64,000 nucleotides of DNA from NCBI GenBank assembly GCA_035505915.1, contig DATJQI010000054.1:29854-93853 (forward strand), in the 5' to 3' direction. Below the pieces are notes generated by a model. It was not told where the DNA came from, did not search any database, and saw only the letters and a program-made list of their open reading frames with translations. Source of the stretch: Gemmatimonadales bacterium. Lineage in GTDB: Bacteria > Gemmatimonadota > Gemmatimonadetes > Gemmatimonadales > GWC2-71-9. Made by a program: the position numbers and the translations under genes. Shown in pieces: positions 30,436-41,050 of the stretch (positions are counted from its first letter, which is position 1; each line of letters begins with the position of its first letter).

Positions 30436-31607
30436 GCGCCGGCGCCCGGCGCGCGGCCATCATCGTGCTCGACGGCGTGGGCATCGGGGCCGCGCCGTCC
30501 ACCGCGGCGTACGGCGACGCGGGAAGCGATACCCTGGGGAACGTGGCGCGGGCGGTCGGCGGGTTGTCCCTCCCCAACCTGGAGCAGCTCGGGCTCGGGT
30601 GGTGCCGACCCATCGCGGGGCTGGGGCGGCCGGCGGCGCCCCGAGCCGCGTACGGCGTGGCGCTGCCGGCGTCGGCGGGCAAGGACAGCACCACGGGTCA
30701 CTGGGAGCTCTGCGGCGTCCTCCTCGAGCGGCCTTTCCGGACCTACCCGCGGGGATTCCCCGAAGCGCTGCTGGCCGAGTTCAGCCGGCGGACCGGGCGG
30801 GGGTGTCTCGGAAACAAGGCCGCCTCCGGCACCGCGATCATCGCGGAGCTGGGGGCGGAGCACCAGCGGACCGGTCGGTGGATCATTTATACGTCGGCGG
30901 ACTCGGTGTTTCAGATAGCGGCCCACGAGGGGACGGTCCCCTTGGAGGAGCTGTACGGTGCCTGCCGGATCGCCCGGGAGCTCCTGGTGGGCGACGAGGC
31001 GGTTTCCCGGGTGATCGCGCGGCCTTTTGCGGGCGCGGCGCCCGATTACCGGCGGACGGCCAACCGCCGGGACTTCTCCATCGAGCCTCCCCAGGCGACC
31101 TTGCTGGACCGCCTGGCCGAGCTCGGGATCCCCCGGGTGGGGGTCGGCAAGGTGGACGATCTGTTCGCGGGGCGGGGAATCACCAGTACGCACACGCCCA
31201 CGAATCCGGACGCGTACCGGTTGGTGGAGCGCGCGCTGGAAACGATGGATTCCGGATTCCTGTTCGTGAACGTCATCGAGTTCGACCAGAGCTGGGGGCA
31301 CCGAAACGACGTGGCGGGGTTTCATCAAGGGCTCCAGGCGCTCGACGCGTGGATTCCCAGGCTGCTCGAGCGCCTGCGGGACCAGGACCTGGTGATGCTG
31401 ACGGCGGACCACGGGAACGATCCGACCACGCCGTCGACCGATCACTCCCGCGAGGCGGTGCCGGTGCTGGTCTGCGGGCCGCGGGTTCGTGCGGTCGCGC
31501 TGGGTGAGCGCCGGACCTTCGCCGACTTGGGAGCGACGGTCGCGGAGCATCTCGGGGCCGGGGCGTTGGCGGCGGGGACCTCCTTTCATGGCCTGGTCTG
31601 GTCGTGA
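30432..31607 (+). CDS. deoB: phosphopentomutase
   Basis: IIVLDGVGIGAAP...YGDAGSDTLGNV N-terminus and TADHGNDPT. ATGA overlap with the alr stop. Confidence 0.88.
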   Translation: MSAGARRAAIIVLDGVGIGAAPSTAAYGDAGSDTLGNVARAVGGLSLPNLEQLGLGWCRPIAGLGRPAAPRAAYGVALPASAGKDSTTGHWELCGVLLERPFRTYPRGFPEALLAEFSRRTGRGCLGNKAASGTAIIAELGAEHQRTGRWIIYTSADSVFQIAAHEGTVPLEELYGACRIARELLVGDEAVSRVIARPFAGAAPDYRRTANRRDFSIEPPQATLLDRLAELGIPRVGVGKVDDLFAGRGITSTHTPTNPDAYRLVERALETMDSGFLFVNVIEFDQSWGHRNDVAGFHQGLQALDAWIPRLLERLRDQDLVMLTADHGNDPTTPSTDHSREAVPVLVCGPRVRAVALGERRTFADLGATVAEHLGAGALAAGTSFHGLVWS

Positions 31608-31993
31608 CCGGCGATCTGGTCCGCCGGGCCCGCGACGTGATGCGGAACGCGCACGCCCCGTATTCGCGGTTCCCCGTGGGCGCCGCCATCGAAGGGTCGG
31701 ACGGCTCCGTGCACGTCGGGTGCAACGTCGAGAGCGCGTCGTACGGCTTGACCATCTGCGCCGAGCGGATGGCGCTGGGCGCGGCGGTGGCGGCGGGGGT
31801 GAAGCGGATCACCCGCGTGGTGGTGACGACCGACGTGGATCCGCCGGCGGCCCCGTGCGGCGCCTGCCGCCAGCTGCTCGCGGAGTTCGGACTGACCATG
31901 GAGATCCGCGCCGTGGGTCCCACCACGGAGCGGCGCTGGACCCTCGGGGAGCTGCTCCCCGATGCTTTCACCCGGGAGACGCTGGAGCGATGA
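31604..31993 (+). CDS. cdd: cytidine deaminase
   Basis: Zinc motifs CAERMAL and PCGACRQLLAEF. GTGA overlap with the deoB stop. Confidence 0.88.
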   Translation: MTGDLVRRARDVMRNAHAPYSRFPVGAAIEGSDGSVHVGCNVESASYGLTICAERMALGAAVAAGVKRITRVVVTTDVDPPAAPCGACRQLLAEFGLTMEIRAVGPTTERRWTLGELLPDAFTRETLER

Positions 31994-31997
31994 CCCT

Positions 31998-33272
31998 GTG
32001 ACGTTCGGCCGCCGGACCCTGCTCGCGCTCGGGCTCACTGGTCTTCTGGTAGCGTGCACCGAGGAGACCACCGCGCCCGGGAGGTGCCCCGCCTTCTGTC
32101 CCGGCGGTCAGCTGTCCGTCGTGGACACCGTGCTGAACATCATCTCCCGGGACTCGAGCTACGTCGGCTACGTCGTGCCGGAGAGCGCCGGCGTGATGAT
32201 GGCGGTGAACTTCGGAGGCGTGGACGCGCGGCCCATCTTCACGCTCGGTGGCGTGTCGACCCGCATCGCCGTGAACAGCGCCGACACCACCACCGACACC
32301 GCGCAGTCCGTCGACTCGGCCCTCCTGACGATGACCATCGCGCGCCGTGACACGCTGGCGACGAATCTCCGGATCAACCTGTACCGCATGCCGCTGTCCA
32401 TCGGTCCCACGACGACGCTGGCCGACCTGTCGGGACCCTTCACGGATTCGCTCCTCCGGACCATCAATGTGGACAGCCTGCTGGCGCTGCCGGGCGGCGT
32501 CGACTCGGCCTCGGGCGACTCGGCGGTGTATACCGACACCACCCACATCGGCGTGCGGGTGGTGATGAAGCTCAACGCCGTCCAGGCGAACTACATGGCC
32601 GCCGACTCGGGCCGCTCGGCGTTCGGCATCCGCATCACGGCCGACTCGCTGGCCAGCGTGGCCTTCAATACCGTGACGGGCGGCAGCGGGCCGATCTTCA
32701 GCTGGTGGGGGACGTACGACTCGTCGGGCACCTCGGTCTCCCGGCGGTTCGGCACCGCCGTCAACCTGTTCAACTCGTACGTCTCGAACGTCAGCGCGCC
32801 GACCCTCGACTCCAACCTGATCGTCGGAGGTGTGCCCTCGGCGCGCTCGATCCTCCGGTTCACGCTGCCCCGCAACATCCGCGACTCGTCCCAGATCGTG
32901 CGCGCCACGTTGACGATGATTCCGGTGGCCGCTCCCGTGGGCGTTCCGTCCGATTCGCTGCTCCTGGTGGTGTACCGCCTCGGGACCGACGTCGGCGCCA
33001 AGTCGCCGATCGCCGTCGCGACCATCGCGGATTCGTCCCTGCTGGTGGTGGCGGCCGTCCCCATCGGTCACGCCGACACGATCGCGACGGACATCACGGA
33101 CATCGTCCGCTTCTGGCAGGCCGACACGCTCGTGCCGCAATCCGTGATGATCCGGCAGGCGCCCGAGGGAGGAAACCTCATATCGGTGCGCCTGTATTCG
33201 ACGCGCTCGCCGGCGTTCCGGCCGGCCCTGCACGTCACCTACGTTCCCCGCTTCGCGTTCGGAAACCCGTGA
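31998..33272 (+). CDS. hypothetical lipoprotein
   Basis: Lipobox-like LTGLLVAC after a basic N-terminus. The mature part is Ser/Thr/Asp-rich. I recognise no family. Confidence 0.55.
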   Translation: MTFGRRTLLALGLTGLLVACTEETTAPGRCPAFCPGGQLSVVDTVLNIISRDSSYVGYVVPESAGVMMAVNFGGVDARPIFTLGGVSTRIAVNSADTTTDTAQSVDSALLTMTIARRDTLATNLRINLYRMPLSIGPTTTLADLSGPFTDSLLRTINVDSLLALPGGVDSASGDSAVYTDTTHIGVRVVMKLNAVQANYMAADSGRSAFGIRITADSLASVAFNTVTGGSGPIFSWWGTYDSSGTSVSRRFGTAVNLFNSYVSNVSAPTLDSNLIVGGVPSARSILRFTLPRNIRDSSQIVRATLTMIPVAAPVGVPSDSLLLVVYRLGTDVGAKSPIAVATIADSSLLVVAAVPIGHADTIATDITDIVRFWQADTLVPQSVMIRQAPEGGNLISVRLYSTRSPAFRPALHVTYVPRFAFGNP

Positions 33273-34372
33273 TGCGCCGAGTGGTGGTGGCCGCCTGCTG
33301 CGGCCTGCTGGCGGCCTGGGGGTCGGCCTCGGGCCAGGATTCGCAGTTCGGCATCCGCGGCCTGGGCACGCCGGGCAACTTCTCCAGCGTGCGAGCGTGG
33401 ACCACCGGCGGGGCGCTCGCGCCCTTCGACGGAAACTCGCCGCTCACCGACGCCGCGCTGGGGGACATCACCCGCCTCACGGCCGCGGCGGAGGAATTCG
33501 CGTCGTACCGCAGCGTGGACGACGGAACCACGTCGAGCGCTCTGCGGAGCGCGCGCTTCCCGATGCTGACCGTCGCGGGCCCCGTATTCGGCGGACTGGT
33601 CATCGGGGGCGGGTTTGCGACGTACCTCTATCGCTCCTACGATGTCGAGGTGCCGGGCACGGTCGTCATCCGCGGAGACTCACAGGCCATCGTGGACCAC
33701 ATCGCGAGCAACGGGGCGGTCACCGACCTTCGGCTCTCCGCCGCCTGGCGCTTCAGCCCCCGGCTGACCGTGGGGGCGGGCTTCCACGTCCTGACCGGAT
33801 CGAGCACGCTCAACGCCATCCGGCTCTTCTCGGACTCCGCCCAATACCACAACGCGACGCAGACCGATCACGAGAGCTACGACGGGATCGGGATGTCGCT
33901 GAGCGTGCTGGCGGCGCCCGTCCCGAGTCTCCGGATTTCCGGATTCCTGCGGTCGGACACGCGGCTGCGCTCGGAAATCGCGGGTTTCCAGAACGCCCAG
34001 AACGATCTGCCGACCACCGTGGGCGGCGGCGTGCTGTGGAGCGTAACCCCGGAGGTGAAGCTGGCGGGAACCCTGAGCCACGCGGACTGGGCCGTCGCCG
34101 GCGGCGGGGCGTACAACACCACCGACTGGTCGCTCGGCGGAGAGTTCGGCCGCGCCGGCCTCCCGTTCCGCCTGGGCGTGCGGGGGGGACAGATGCCCTT
34201 CGGCCCCGGCCCGTCCGCGCCGACGGAGTTCGGCGTCTCGGCGGGCACCGGGTTCATCTTCTCGCAGGGGCGGGGCATCGTGGACCTCGGCATCGAGCGC
34301 CTGCGGCGCACCGGCGGCGGCCTCAACGAGACCGACTGGACCTTCCTCGTGGGCATCTCCGTCCGGCCCTGA
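33272..34372 (+). CDS. hypothetical outer-membrane beta-barrel-like protein
   Basis: Signal peptide MRRVVVAACCGLLAAWGSASGQ and alternating hydrophobic beta-strand pattern throughout. It overlaps the stop of the lipoprotein gene by 1 nt. Confidence 0.55.
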   Translation: MRRVVVAACCGLLAAWGSASGQDSQFGIRGLGTPGNFSSVRAWTTGGALAPFDGNSPLTDAALGDITRLTAAAEEFASYRSVDDGTTSSALRSARFPMLTVAGPVFGGLVIGGGFATYLYRSYDVEVPGTVVIRGDSQAIVDHIASNGAVTDLRLSAAWRFSPRLTVGAGFHVLTGSSTLNAIRLFSDSAQYHNATQTDHESYDGIGMSLSVLAAPVPSLRISGFLRSDTRLRSEIAGFQNAQNDLPTTVGGGVLWSVTPEVKLAGTLSHADWAVAGGGAYNTTDWSLGGEFGRAGLPFRLGVRGGQMPFGPGPSAPTEFGVSAGTGFIFSQGRGIVDLGIERLRRTGGGLNETDWTFLVGISVRP

Positions 34373-34395
34373 GCCCGGGCTGCTATCTTTCCCGC

Positions 34396-35715
34396 ATGAC
34401 CCCCCGCGGCATCTACATCGAGACGTACGGCTGCCAGATGAACGTGTCGGATTCCGAGCTGATGCTCGGGCTCCTGGCGCGGGAGGGGTACACCCAGGTG
34501 GATTCCCCGGCGGCGGCGGACGTCCTGCTCGTGAACACCTGCGCGGTGCGGGATCACGCCGAGCAGCGGGTGCTGTCCCGGATGGGGGAGCTGAAGACGT
34601 TCAAGCGCCCCGGCGGCGTGCTCGGCGTGGTCGGCTGCATGGCGCAGCGGCTCGGGCCGCGGCTGCTCGAGCGCGTGCCTCAGGTGGACCTGGTGGTGGG
34701 GCCCGACGGCTACCGGAATCTGCCGGAGCTGATCGCGCGCGCCGCCCTCGGCGCGCGGGCCGCCGACGTCGAGTTCCGCGGGTGGGAGCACTACGAGGAT
34801 GTGCCGCCGGCGCGCGGGGATCGGACGTCGGCGTTCGTGACCGTGCAACGGGGCTGCGATTATCGGTGCACGTTCTGCATCGTTCCGATGACGCGCGGGC
34901 CGGAGCGCAGCCGTATGTTGTCCGACGTGGTGCGGGAGGTGGCGGCACTGGCCGCCGCCGGCACGTCGGAGGTCACGCTGCTTGGCCAGACCGTCAACAG
35001 CTATCACGACGGCACTCACGACTTCGCGGCTCTGCTGCGGGCCGTGGGCGCCGTGGCGGGGATCCGCCGGGTGCGCTTCACCTCGCCGTACCCCACCGAC
35101 TTCACCGAGCCGGTGGTCCGGGCGATGGCCGAGACGCCGGCGGTGTGCGAGCACGTGCACCTGCCGGTGCAGAGCGGCTCGAACGCCGTGCTCAAGCGGA
35201 TGCTGCGGCGGTACAGCCGCGAGCGGTATCTCGAGGTGGTGCGCGAGCTGCGGGACGGCGTGCCCGGAATCACGTTCACCACGGACATCATCGTGGGGTT
35301 TCCGGGGGAAACCGAGGCGGACTTCCAGCAGACGCTCGACCTCGTCGGCGCCGCCGGCTTCGACGACGCGTACACGTTCAAGTATTCGCCGCGGGAGGGG
35401 ACGCCCGCGGTCCGGATCCGCGATGCCGTCTCGGACGACGTCGCGGGCGAGCGGCTGGAGCGCCTGGTCGCCGTGGTCCGGGCTCAGGCCCGGCGCCGCA
35501 ACGTCGCGCTCGTCGGCACCACGCACGAGGTGCTGGTCGAGGGAATGGCCAAGCGGGGCGGGCTGCTGCAGGCCCGCACCCGGACCAACAAGGTCGTGCT
35601 CGTCGAGGGCCCCGAGTCGTGGATCGGGACCTATACCAGGGTGCGTCTCACCGGGACCACTGGCTCGACGTTCACCGGATGGCCGGTGGAACGGGAGTTC
35701 GCCGTCGTGGGGTAA
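34396..35715 (+). CDS. miaB: tRNA-2-methylthio-N6-dimethylallyladenosine synthase
   Basis: YIETYGCQMN UPF0004 N-terminus, radical-SAM CDYRCTFC motif and a TRAM C-terminus. Confidence 0.9.
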   Translation: MTPRGIYIETYGCQMNVSDSELMLGLLAREGYTQVDSPAAADVLLVNTCAVRDHAEQRVLSRMGELKTFKRPGGVLGVVGCMAQRLGPRLLERVPQVDLVVGPDGYRNLPELIARAALGARAADVEFRGWEHYEDVPPARGDRTSAFVTVQRGCDYRCTFCIVPMTRGPERSRMLSDVVREVAALAAAGTSEVTLLGQTVNSYHDGTHDFAALLRAVGAVAGIRRVRFTSPYPTDFTEPVVRAMAETPAVCEHVHLPVQSGSNAVLKRMLRRYSRERYLEVVRELRDGVPGITFTTDIIVGFPGETEADFQQTLDLVGAAGFDDAYTFKYSPREGTPAVRIRDAVSDDVAGERLERLVAVVRAQARRRNVALVGTTHEVLVEGMAKRGGLLQARTRTNKVVLVEGPESWIGTYTRVRLTGTTGSTFTGWPVEREFAVVG

Positions 35716-35720
35716 CGAAC

Positions 35721-35993
35721 GTGATGTGGGAGATGGCGCAGCGGGAGTACGAGCTGCTGCGTCCGCAGCTGCCCGGGTTCTGCGGCTGCGAGACCTGTCG
35801 CGGCGACGTGCTGGTGTTCGCGCTCAACCGGCTCGATCCGCACTACGTCTCCACCCGACAGGGCGAGGTGCTCACCGGACTGTCGCTGTCCACCGATCAG
35901 GCGCGGGCCAAGACGGACGTGGTCCTGATGGAAGGCTTCCGCAAGGTGGCGCTCGCGCCGCGCTGCGGGGCGGCGCCGGTACAGCTCCCCTAG
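35721..35993 (+). CDS. ComFB-family (late competence development) protein
   Basis: Small protein with the family's C.C..C..D cysteine motif (FCGCETCRGDV). The start is GTG at 35721 or ATG at 35724. Confidence 0.6.
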   Translation: MMWEMAQREYELLRPQLPGFCGCETCRGDVLVFALNRLDPHYVSTRQGEVLTGLSLSTDQARAKTDVVLMEGFRKVALAPRCGAAPVQLP

Positions 35994-36010
35994 GGCGCTG
36001 AGGGGCGGCC

Positions 36011-38251
36011 ATGCGGTCGCCCATCGTGCGGTTCGCCGCGGCGTTCGGGGCCGGCCTCTGGGCCGGCCTCGTCGTGTTTCCGGGCCTCGCGGGCGCCGTG
36101 CCGGCTGCACTCTTCGCCGCGGCGGCGGCGGGCGGCTGGTGGCTCGAGCGCCGCGCGTCGCGGGCGGCGCTCCTCGTCGTCGCGGGCGCGGCGGGCGCAC
36201 TGTGGGGCGGCGGCGCCGCGCGCCAACGGCTCCGGACCTGCGTGGGGCGCTGGAGCGCCGCGGCTCCGGCCGGGGGCGGCTCGCACGCGGTGGTCGTGCG
36301 GCTCATCGATCCGGTCTCTCCCGGCGAAGCGGGCGGCGGTCTGGTGAGCGGCGACGCGCGGGACGGTCAGTGCGGCGGGGAGGTCCCGCTCCGCTGGCCC
36401 GCGGACAGCGCCGCCTCCGGGGGCACCACGTGGCTGGTCGCCGGGCGCTGGTTCGGGGAGGGGGAGGGGGGCGTCCTGGTGGTGCGGCGGGCGCGCGTCC
36501 TGGATCCGACGCCGCGGGGCCGGGGAGGCATCCGCGACGCGGTCAGCGCGAGGATCCGCCGGCTCTTCGGGTCGCGGGCGGCGCTGGTGGACGCCCTGGT
36601 GCTCGCCCGCCGGAGCGCCCTCGAGCCCGAGGTCCGGGAGCGCTTCGCGCAGGCGGGCCTGGCGCATCTCCTGTGCGTGGCGGGCCTGCACGTGGGCTTC
36701 CTGGCCGGTTGGCTGGGGTTGCTCCTCCGCCGGCTTCCCCTCACCCCGGGGGTCCGCTTCGGCGCCGGGGCGGCGCTGGTGCTGCTCTACGTGTGGCTGC
36801 TGGGGTTCCCGGCGCCCGCCACCCGGGCCGGCGTGGGTCTCGCCATCGGCGGGTTCGCGCGGCTGCGCCAGCGCGTCGTGCCGCCGGCCGCCGTCCTCGC
36901 GCTGACCGCCTGGGTTCTCCTGGTGTTCGATCCCCAGGCCGCGGTCTCCGTGGGCGCCTGGCTCTCGCTCGCCGCGGTGGCCGCCATCTTCACCGCCACG
37001 CGGGCCACCGCCGCGCTCCCCTGGCCCACGCGCCTTCTCGCGCCGGGGACCGCCGCGACCCTCGCGACGGCGCCCATCACGGCGTACGCGTTCGGCACCG
37101 TGGCTCCGGTGGGCGTGATCTCCAACCTGGTCGCCATTCCGCTCGCGGCGGTCGCCGTTCCGGGCGCGATGCTCGCGCTCCTCGTCTCCGCGCTCTGCCC
37201 GCCGCTCGGCGCGGTGCTCGCGCGGGGCGCGGGCGCGGGCCTGGCCCTGATCGACGTCGTCGCGGGCCTGGCGGACCGCGTGCCCGGCGGGCACGTGGTG
37301 ATGACGGCGGGCTGGCCGGCCGCCCTGCTCTGGAGCGCGGTGGTCGCGGCCGCGTGGTGGCTGTGGCGCGCGCCCCGGCGACCGGGCGTGCGGGCGGCGC
37401 GCGTACTGCTCGTCGCGGCCATCGCGGCCTGGAGTGCGGCGTTTTCCGCTCGCTCACTCGACGAGTGTCGCTGCCTCACCATATCTTTCCTGGACGTCGG
37501 GCAGGGAGACGCCGCCGTCCTGCGGACACCCGCGGGGCAGTGGATCGTGATCGACGGAGGTCCCCGGGCTCCCGGCAACGACGCGGGACGCCGGGTGGTG
37601 GTGCCGTATCTCCGGAAGCACGGCGCCCGCGGCGTCGCGCTGATGGTGTCGACGCATTCGGACGCGGATCACCTGGGCGGACTGCCGGCGGTCGTCGCGG
37701 CCTTCCCGCCCCGCCTCGTGATCGAGCCGGGGGAGCCGCTCGCGCGGCCCCTGTACCTCGAGTTCCTCGCGGCGGTGGAGGCGGCCGGATCGCGGTGGCG
37801 GGCGGCGCGGGCGGGCGACCGCGTGACGGTGGACGGCGTGGCGGTCCAGGTGCTGAGTCCCGACGACGCCTGGATGAACGTCCCGGTGGACGTGAACGAC
37901 CACGGCGTGGTCACGCTCGTGACGTACGGCGCGACCCGGGTGCTCTTCCAGGCCGACGCCGGCATTCCCGTGGAGGAGCGCCTGGCGGGCCGCGTCGGCC
38001 GCGTGGACCTGCTCAAGGTCGGCCATCACGGGTCGCGCAGCGCCTCATCCGAGGCCTGGCTCGACGAGTTGGCGCCGCCGGTGGCGGTCATCAGTGTCGG
38101 CGCGCGCAACCGGTACGGCCATCCCGCCCCCGAGGTGCTGGAGCGGCTGTCCCGACGCGGAATCCGGGTGCTGCGCACCGACCAGCGCGGCACCATCACC
38201 TTCACGAGCGACGGGCACGATGAACCCAGGGACGTCGGTCATCACGATTGA
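36011..38251 (+). CDS. comEC: DNA internalization-related competence protein ComEC/Rec2
   Basis: Polytopic competence domain plus a C-terminal metallo-beta-lactamase domain ([23 protein letters not shown]). Confidence 0.85.
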   Translation: MRSPIVRFAAAFGAGLWAGLVVFPGLAGAVPAALFAAAAAGGWWLERRASRAALLVVAGAAGALWGGGAARQRLRTCVGRWSAAAPAGGGSHAVVVRLIDPVSPGEAGGGLVSGDARDGQCGGEVPLRWPADSAASGGTTWLVAGRWFGEGEGGVLVVRRARVLDPTPRGRGGIRDAVSARIRRLFGSRAALVDALVLARRSALEPEVRERFAQAGLAHLLCVAGLHVGFLAGWLGLLLRRLPLTPGVRFGAGAALVLLYVWLLGFPAPATRAGVGLAIGGFARLRQRVVPPAAVLALTAWVLLVFDPQAAVSVGAWLSLAAVAAIFTATRATAALPWPTRLLAPGTAATLATAPITAYAFGTVAPVGVISNLVAIPLAAVAVPGAMLALLVSALCPPLGAVLARGAGAGLALIDVVAGLADRVPGGHVVMTAGWPAALLWSAVVAAAWWLWRAPRRPGVRAARVLLVAAIAAWSAAFSARSLDECRCLTISFLDVGQGDAAVLRTPAGQWIVIDGGPRAPGNDAGRRVVVPYLRKHGARGVALMVSTHSDADHLGGLPAVVAAFPPRLVIEPGEPLARPLYLEFLAAVEAAGSRWRAARAGDRVTVDGVAVQVLSPDDAWMNVPVDVNDHGVVTLVTYGATRVLFQADAGIPVEERLAGRVGRVDLLKVGHHGSRSASSEAWLDELAPPVAVISVGARNRYGHPAPEVLERLSRRGIRVLRTDQRGTITFTSDGHDEPRDVGHHD

Positions 38252-39245
38252 ACGGTTCATCGTGGACCAGGAGCGGCTCCATCCGGAGGCCACCGGGGAG
38301 CTGTCCAACCTGCTCTACGATCTGGCCCTCGCCGGAAAGATCATCTCCCGGCAGGTCCGCCGGGCGGGACTGACCGACGTCTTCGGCTCGGCCGAGACCG
38401 TCAACGTGCAGGGGGAGGTCCAGCAGAAGCTCGACGTATTCGCCAACGAGACGGTGCGGCACTCGGTCCAGCACACGGGCCGCACCTGCGTGCTCGCCTC
38501 CGAGGAGGACGAGCATCCGGTGCCGGTCCCTCCGGGCCGGCCCCTGGGCAAGTACGTCCTGCTGTACGACCCGCTGGACGGCTCGAGCAACATCGACGTC
38601 AACGTTCCGATCGGCACGATCTTCTCGATTCACCGGCGCCGCAGTCGCGCCGACACGCCGGGGACCCTCGAGGACTGCCTCCAGCCCGGGTACGCGCAGG
38701 TGGCGGCCGGATACATCCTGTACGGGTCGAGCACCGTTCTGGTCTACACGACCGGTCAGGGGGTCCACGGCTTCACGCTCGACCCGACCATCGGCGAGTT
38801 CCTGCTCTCGCACCCGGACATCCGGTGTCCGGTGGTGGGGCGGTACTACAGCGTGAATGAAAGCAACTGGAACCGCTGGCCCGCGCCGGTGCACCGCGTC
38901 GTGGCCGCCTTCAAGACCGGGGAGGGCGCGATCCAGGCCCGGAATGCCCGGTACGTCGGATCGCTGGTGGCCGACTTCCACCGGAATCTGCTGTCGGGCG
39001 GGATCTTCCTGTATCCCGCCGACGAGAAGAGCCCCGCCGGGAAGCTCCGGCTCCTGTACGAAGCCTGCCCGCTCGCGATGGTGGTGGAGCAGGCGGGCGG
39101 CGCGGCGACCGACGGGCGGCGCCGCATCCTCGAGATCGAGCCCCGCCAGCTCCACCAGCGGACGCCTCTGATCATCGGGTCCCGCGAAGACGTGGAATAC
39201 GCGACTCAGGTTCTGTCGGCGCAGGGGGCCGGAGTCCGGGCGTGA
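38220..39245 (+). CDS. fbp: class 1 fructose-1,6-bisphosphatase
   Basis: The N-terminus ([25 protein letters not shown]) is colinear with E. coli Fbp. DPLDGSSN is present. It overlaps the comEC 3' end by 32 nt. Confidence 0.85.
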   Translation: MNPGTSVITIERFIVDQERLHPEATGELSNLLYDLALAGKIISRQVRRAGLTDVFGSAETVNVQGEVQQKLDVFANETVRHSVQHTGRTCVLASEEDEHPVPVPPGRPLGKYVLLYDPLDGSSNIDVNVPIGTIFSIHRRRSRADTPGTLEDCLQPGYAQVAAGYILYGSSTVLVYTTGQGVHGFTLDPTIGEFLLSHPDIRCPVVGRYYSVNESNWNRWPAPVHRVVAAFKTGEGAIQARNARYVGSLVADFHRNLLSGGIFLYPADEKSPAGKLRLLYEACPLAMVVEQAGGAATDGRRRILEIEPRQLHQRTPLIIGSREDVEYATQVLSAQGAGVRA

Positions 39246-40741
39246 GCGATCCGCTGGGCCTTCCGGGCGCCTTCCCGTTCACCCGCGGCATCCGCGAGTC
39301 GATGTACCGCGGGCGCCGCTGGACCATGCGGCAGTACGCCGGATTCGGGACCGCGGAAGAGACCAACGAGCGCTTCCGTCACCTGCTCGACGCCGGCCAG
39401 ACCGGCCTGTCGGTGGCGTTCGACCTCCCCACCCAGATGGGCTACGACTCCGACCACCCGATGGCGGCGGGCGAGGTCGGCCGCGCCGGCGTGGCCATCG
39501 ACACCGTGGACGACCTGGAGCGGCTCTTTCACGACATCCCGCTCGACCGCGTCTCCACGTCGATGACCATCAACGCCACCGCCGCCATCCTCCTCGCGAT
39601 GTACGTGGTGGTGGGGGAGGAGCAGGGGGTTCCCCGGGCGCGCCTCGAAGGCACCATCCAGAACGACGTCCTGAAAGAGTTCATCGCGCGGGGCACCTAC
39701 ATCTATCCCCCCGAGCCCTCGCTCCGGCTGACGGTGGACATCCTCCGCTTCGCGAGCGAGGCGGCGATGAAGTTCAATCCCATCTCCATCTCCGGGTACC
39801 ACATCCGGGAAGCCGGCGCCACCGCCGTGCAGGAGCTGGCGTTCACCTTCGCCAACGGCCTGGAATACGTGCGCCGCGCGGTGGCGGCGGGACTGGACGT
39901 CGACCGCTTCGCGCCGCGGCTGTCGTTCTTCTTCGCGGGATACACGGACCTCTTCGAGGAGATCGCGAAGTTCCGGGCGGCGCGCCGGCTCTGGGCCCGG
40001 CTCCTGCGCGAGCGGTTCGGCGCCGGGGACGACGCCTGCCGCCTCCGGTTCCACACCCAGACCGGCGGCGCCACCCTCACCGCGCAGCAGCCCTTGAACA
40101 ACGTGGTCCGCGTGGCCATCCAGGCCCTCGCCGCCGTTCTGGGCGGCACGCAGTCGCTGCACACGAACTCCTACGACGAGGCGCTCGCGCTGCCCACGCG
40201 CCAGAGCGCCACGCTCGCGCTGCGGACCCAGCAGGTGCTTTCCCACGAGACCGGCGTGCCCGACGTGGTGGACCCCGTGGGCGGGAGCTATCACGTCGAG
40301 GCGCTCACCGACACGCTCGAGCGTGAGGCCCGGCAGCTGCTCGAGCAGGTCGAGGGCATGGGCGGCTCGGCGCGCGCCATCGAGCGCGGGTTCTTCCAGG
40401 AGGCCATCGCGCGCAGCGCGTACGCGTACCAGCGGGGGGTCGAGTCGGGCGACACCGTGGTCGTGGGGGTCAACCGGTTCGTGGACGACGAGCCCCCGCC
40501 GTCCGTGCCGGCCCCGGACTACTCCGCGCTCGAGGCCGCCCAGCGGGACCGGCTGCGCCGGGCGCGGGACGCCCGCGACGGGGCCGCGGCCCGCCGGACG
40601 CTCGAGGCGGTCACGGCGGCCGCCCGCGATCCCGGGGGCGTGCTGATGCCGGTGATCATCGACGCGGTCCGGGCCCGGGCGACGGTCGGCGAGATCTCCG
40701 ACGCCCTTCGCGCGGTCTGGGGCGTTCACCAGCCCGCTTGA
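39242..40741 (+). CDS. methylmalonyl-CoA mutase family protein, catalytic (large) subunit only
   Basis: FTRGI...RQYAGFG...[16 protein letters not shown] motifs. At 499 aa it has no C-terminal B12-binding domain. Confidence 0.85.
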   Translation: MSDPLGLPGAFPFTRGIRESMYRGRRWTMRQYAGFGTAEETNERFRHLLDAGQTGLSVAFDLPTQMGYDSDHPMAAGEVGRAGVAIDTVDDLERLFHDIPLDRVSTSMTINATAAILLAMYVVVGEEQGVPRARLEGTIQNDVLKEFIARGTYIYPPEPSLRLTVDILRFASEAAMKFNPISISGYHIREAGATAVQELAFTFANGLEYVRRAVAAGLDVDRFAPRLSFFFAGYTDLFEEIAKFRAARRLWARLLRERFGAGDDACRLRFHTQTGGATLTAQQPLNNVVRVAIQALAAVLGGTQSLHTNSYDEALALPTRQSATLALRTQQVLSHETGVPDVVDPVGGSYHVEALTDTLEREARQLLEQVEGMGGSARAIERGFFQEAIARSAYAYQRGVESGDTVVVGVNRFVDDEPPPSVPAPDYSALEAAQRDRLRRARDARDGAAARRTLEAVTAAARDPGGVLMPVIIDAVRARATVGEISDALRAVWGVHQPA

Positions 40742-40766
40742 TTCGGGTCGTCGGACGGGCTAAGAT
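40738..40766 (+). promoter_or_regulatory. sigma70-like promoter: TTGATT, 17 nt spacer, TAAGAT; 8 nt upstream of the ATG at 40775
   Basis: TTGATT 40738-40743 overlaps the mutase stop codon. TAAGAT is at 40761-40766. No Shine-Dalgarno is present. Confidence 0.55.
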
Positions 40767-40774
40767 GTTGTGAG

Positions 40775-41050
40775 ATGCCGACCTACGAGTATCGGTGCCC
40801 GGCCGGGCACGTGTTCGAAAAATTCTCGCCGACGATGACCTCTCCCCGCCGGACCGCATGCCCCAAGTGCGGCAAACGGGCCGAGCGTCTCATTTCGGGC
40901 GGGGCCGGCCTGGTCTTCAAGGGCTCCGGGTTCTACATCACGGACTACAAGCGGGCCGGCGAAAAGAAGCCGGCGGCCGAGTCGACGCCGGCGGCGGAGT
41001 CGAAGCCGGCGCCACCCGCCAAGTCCAAGACCCCCTCGACCGACAAGTGA
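40775..41050 (+). CDS. FmdB-family zinc-ribbon protein
   Basis: MPTYEYRCPAGHVFE...CPKCG CxxC pair and a GSGFYITDY motif. Confidence 0.8.
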   Translation: MPTYEYRCPAGHVFEKFSPTMTSPRRTACPKCGKRAERLISGGAGLVFKGSGFYITDYKRAGEKKPAAESTPAAESKPAPPAKSKTPSTDK

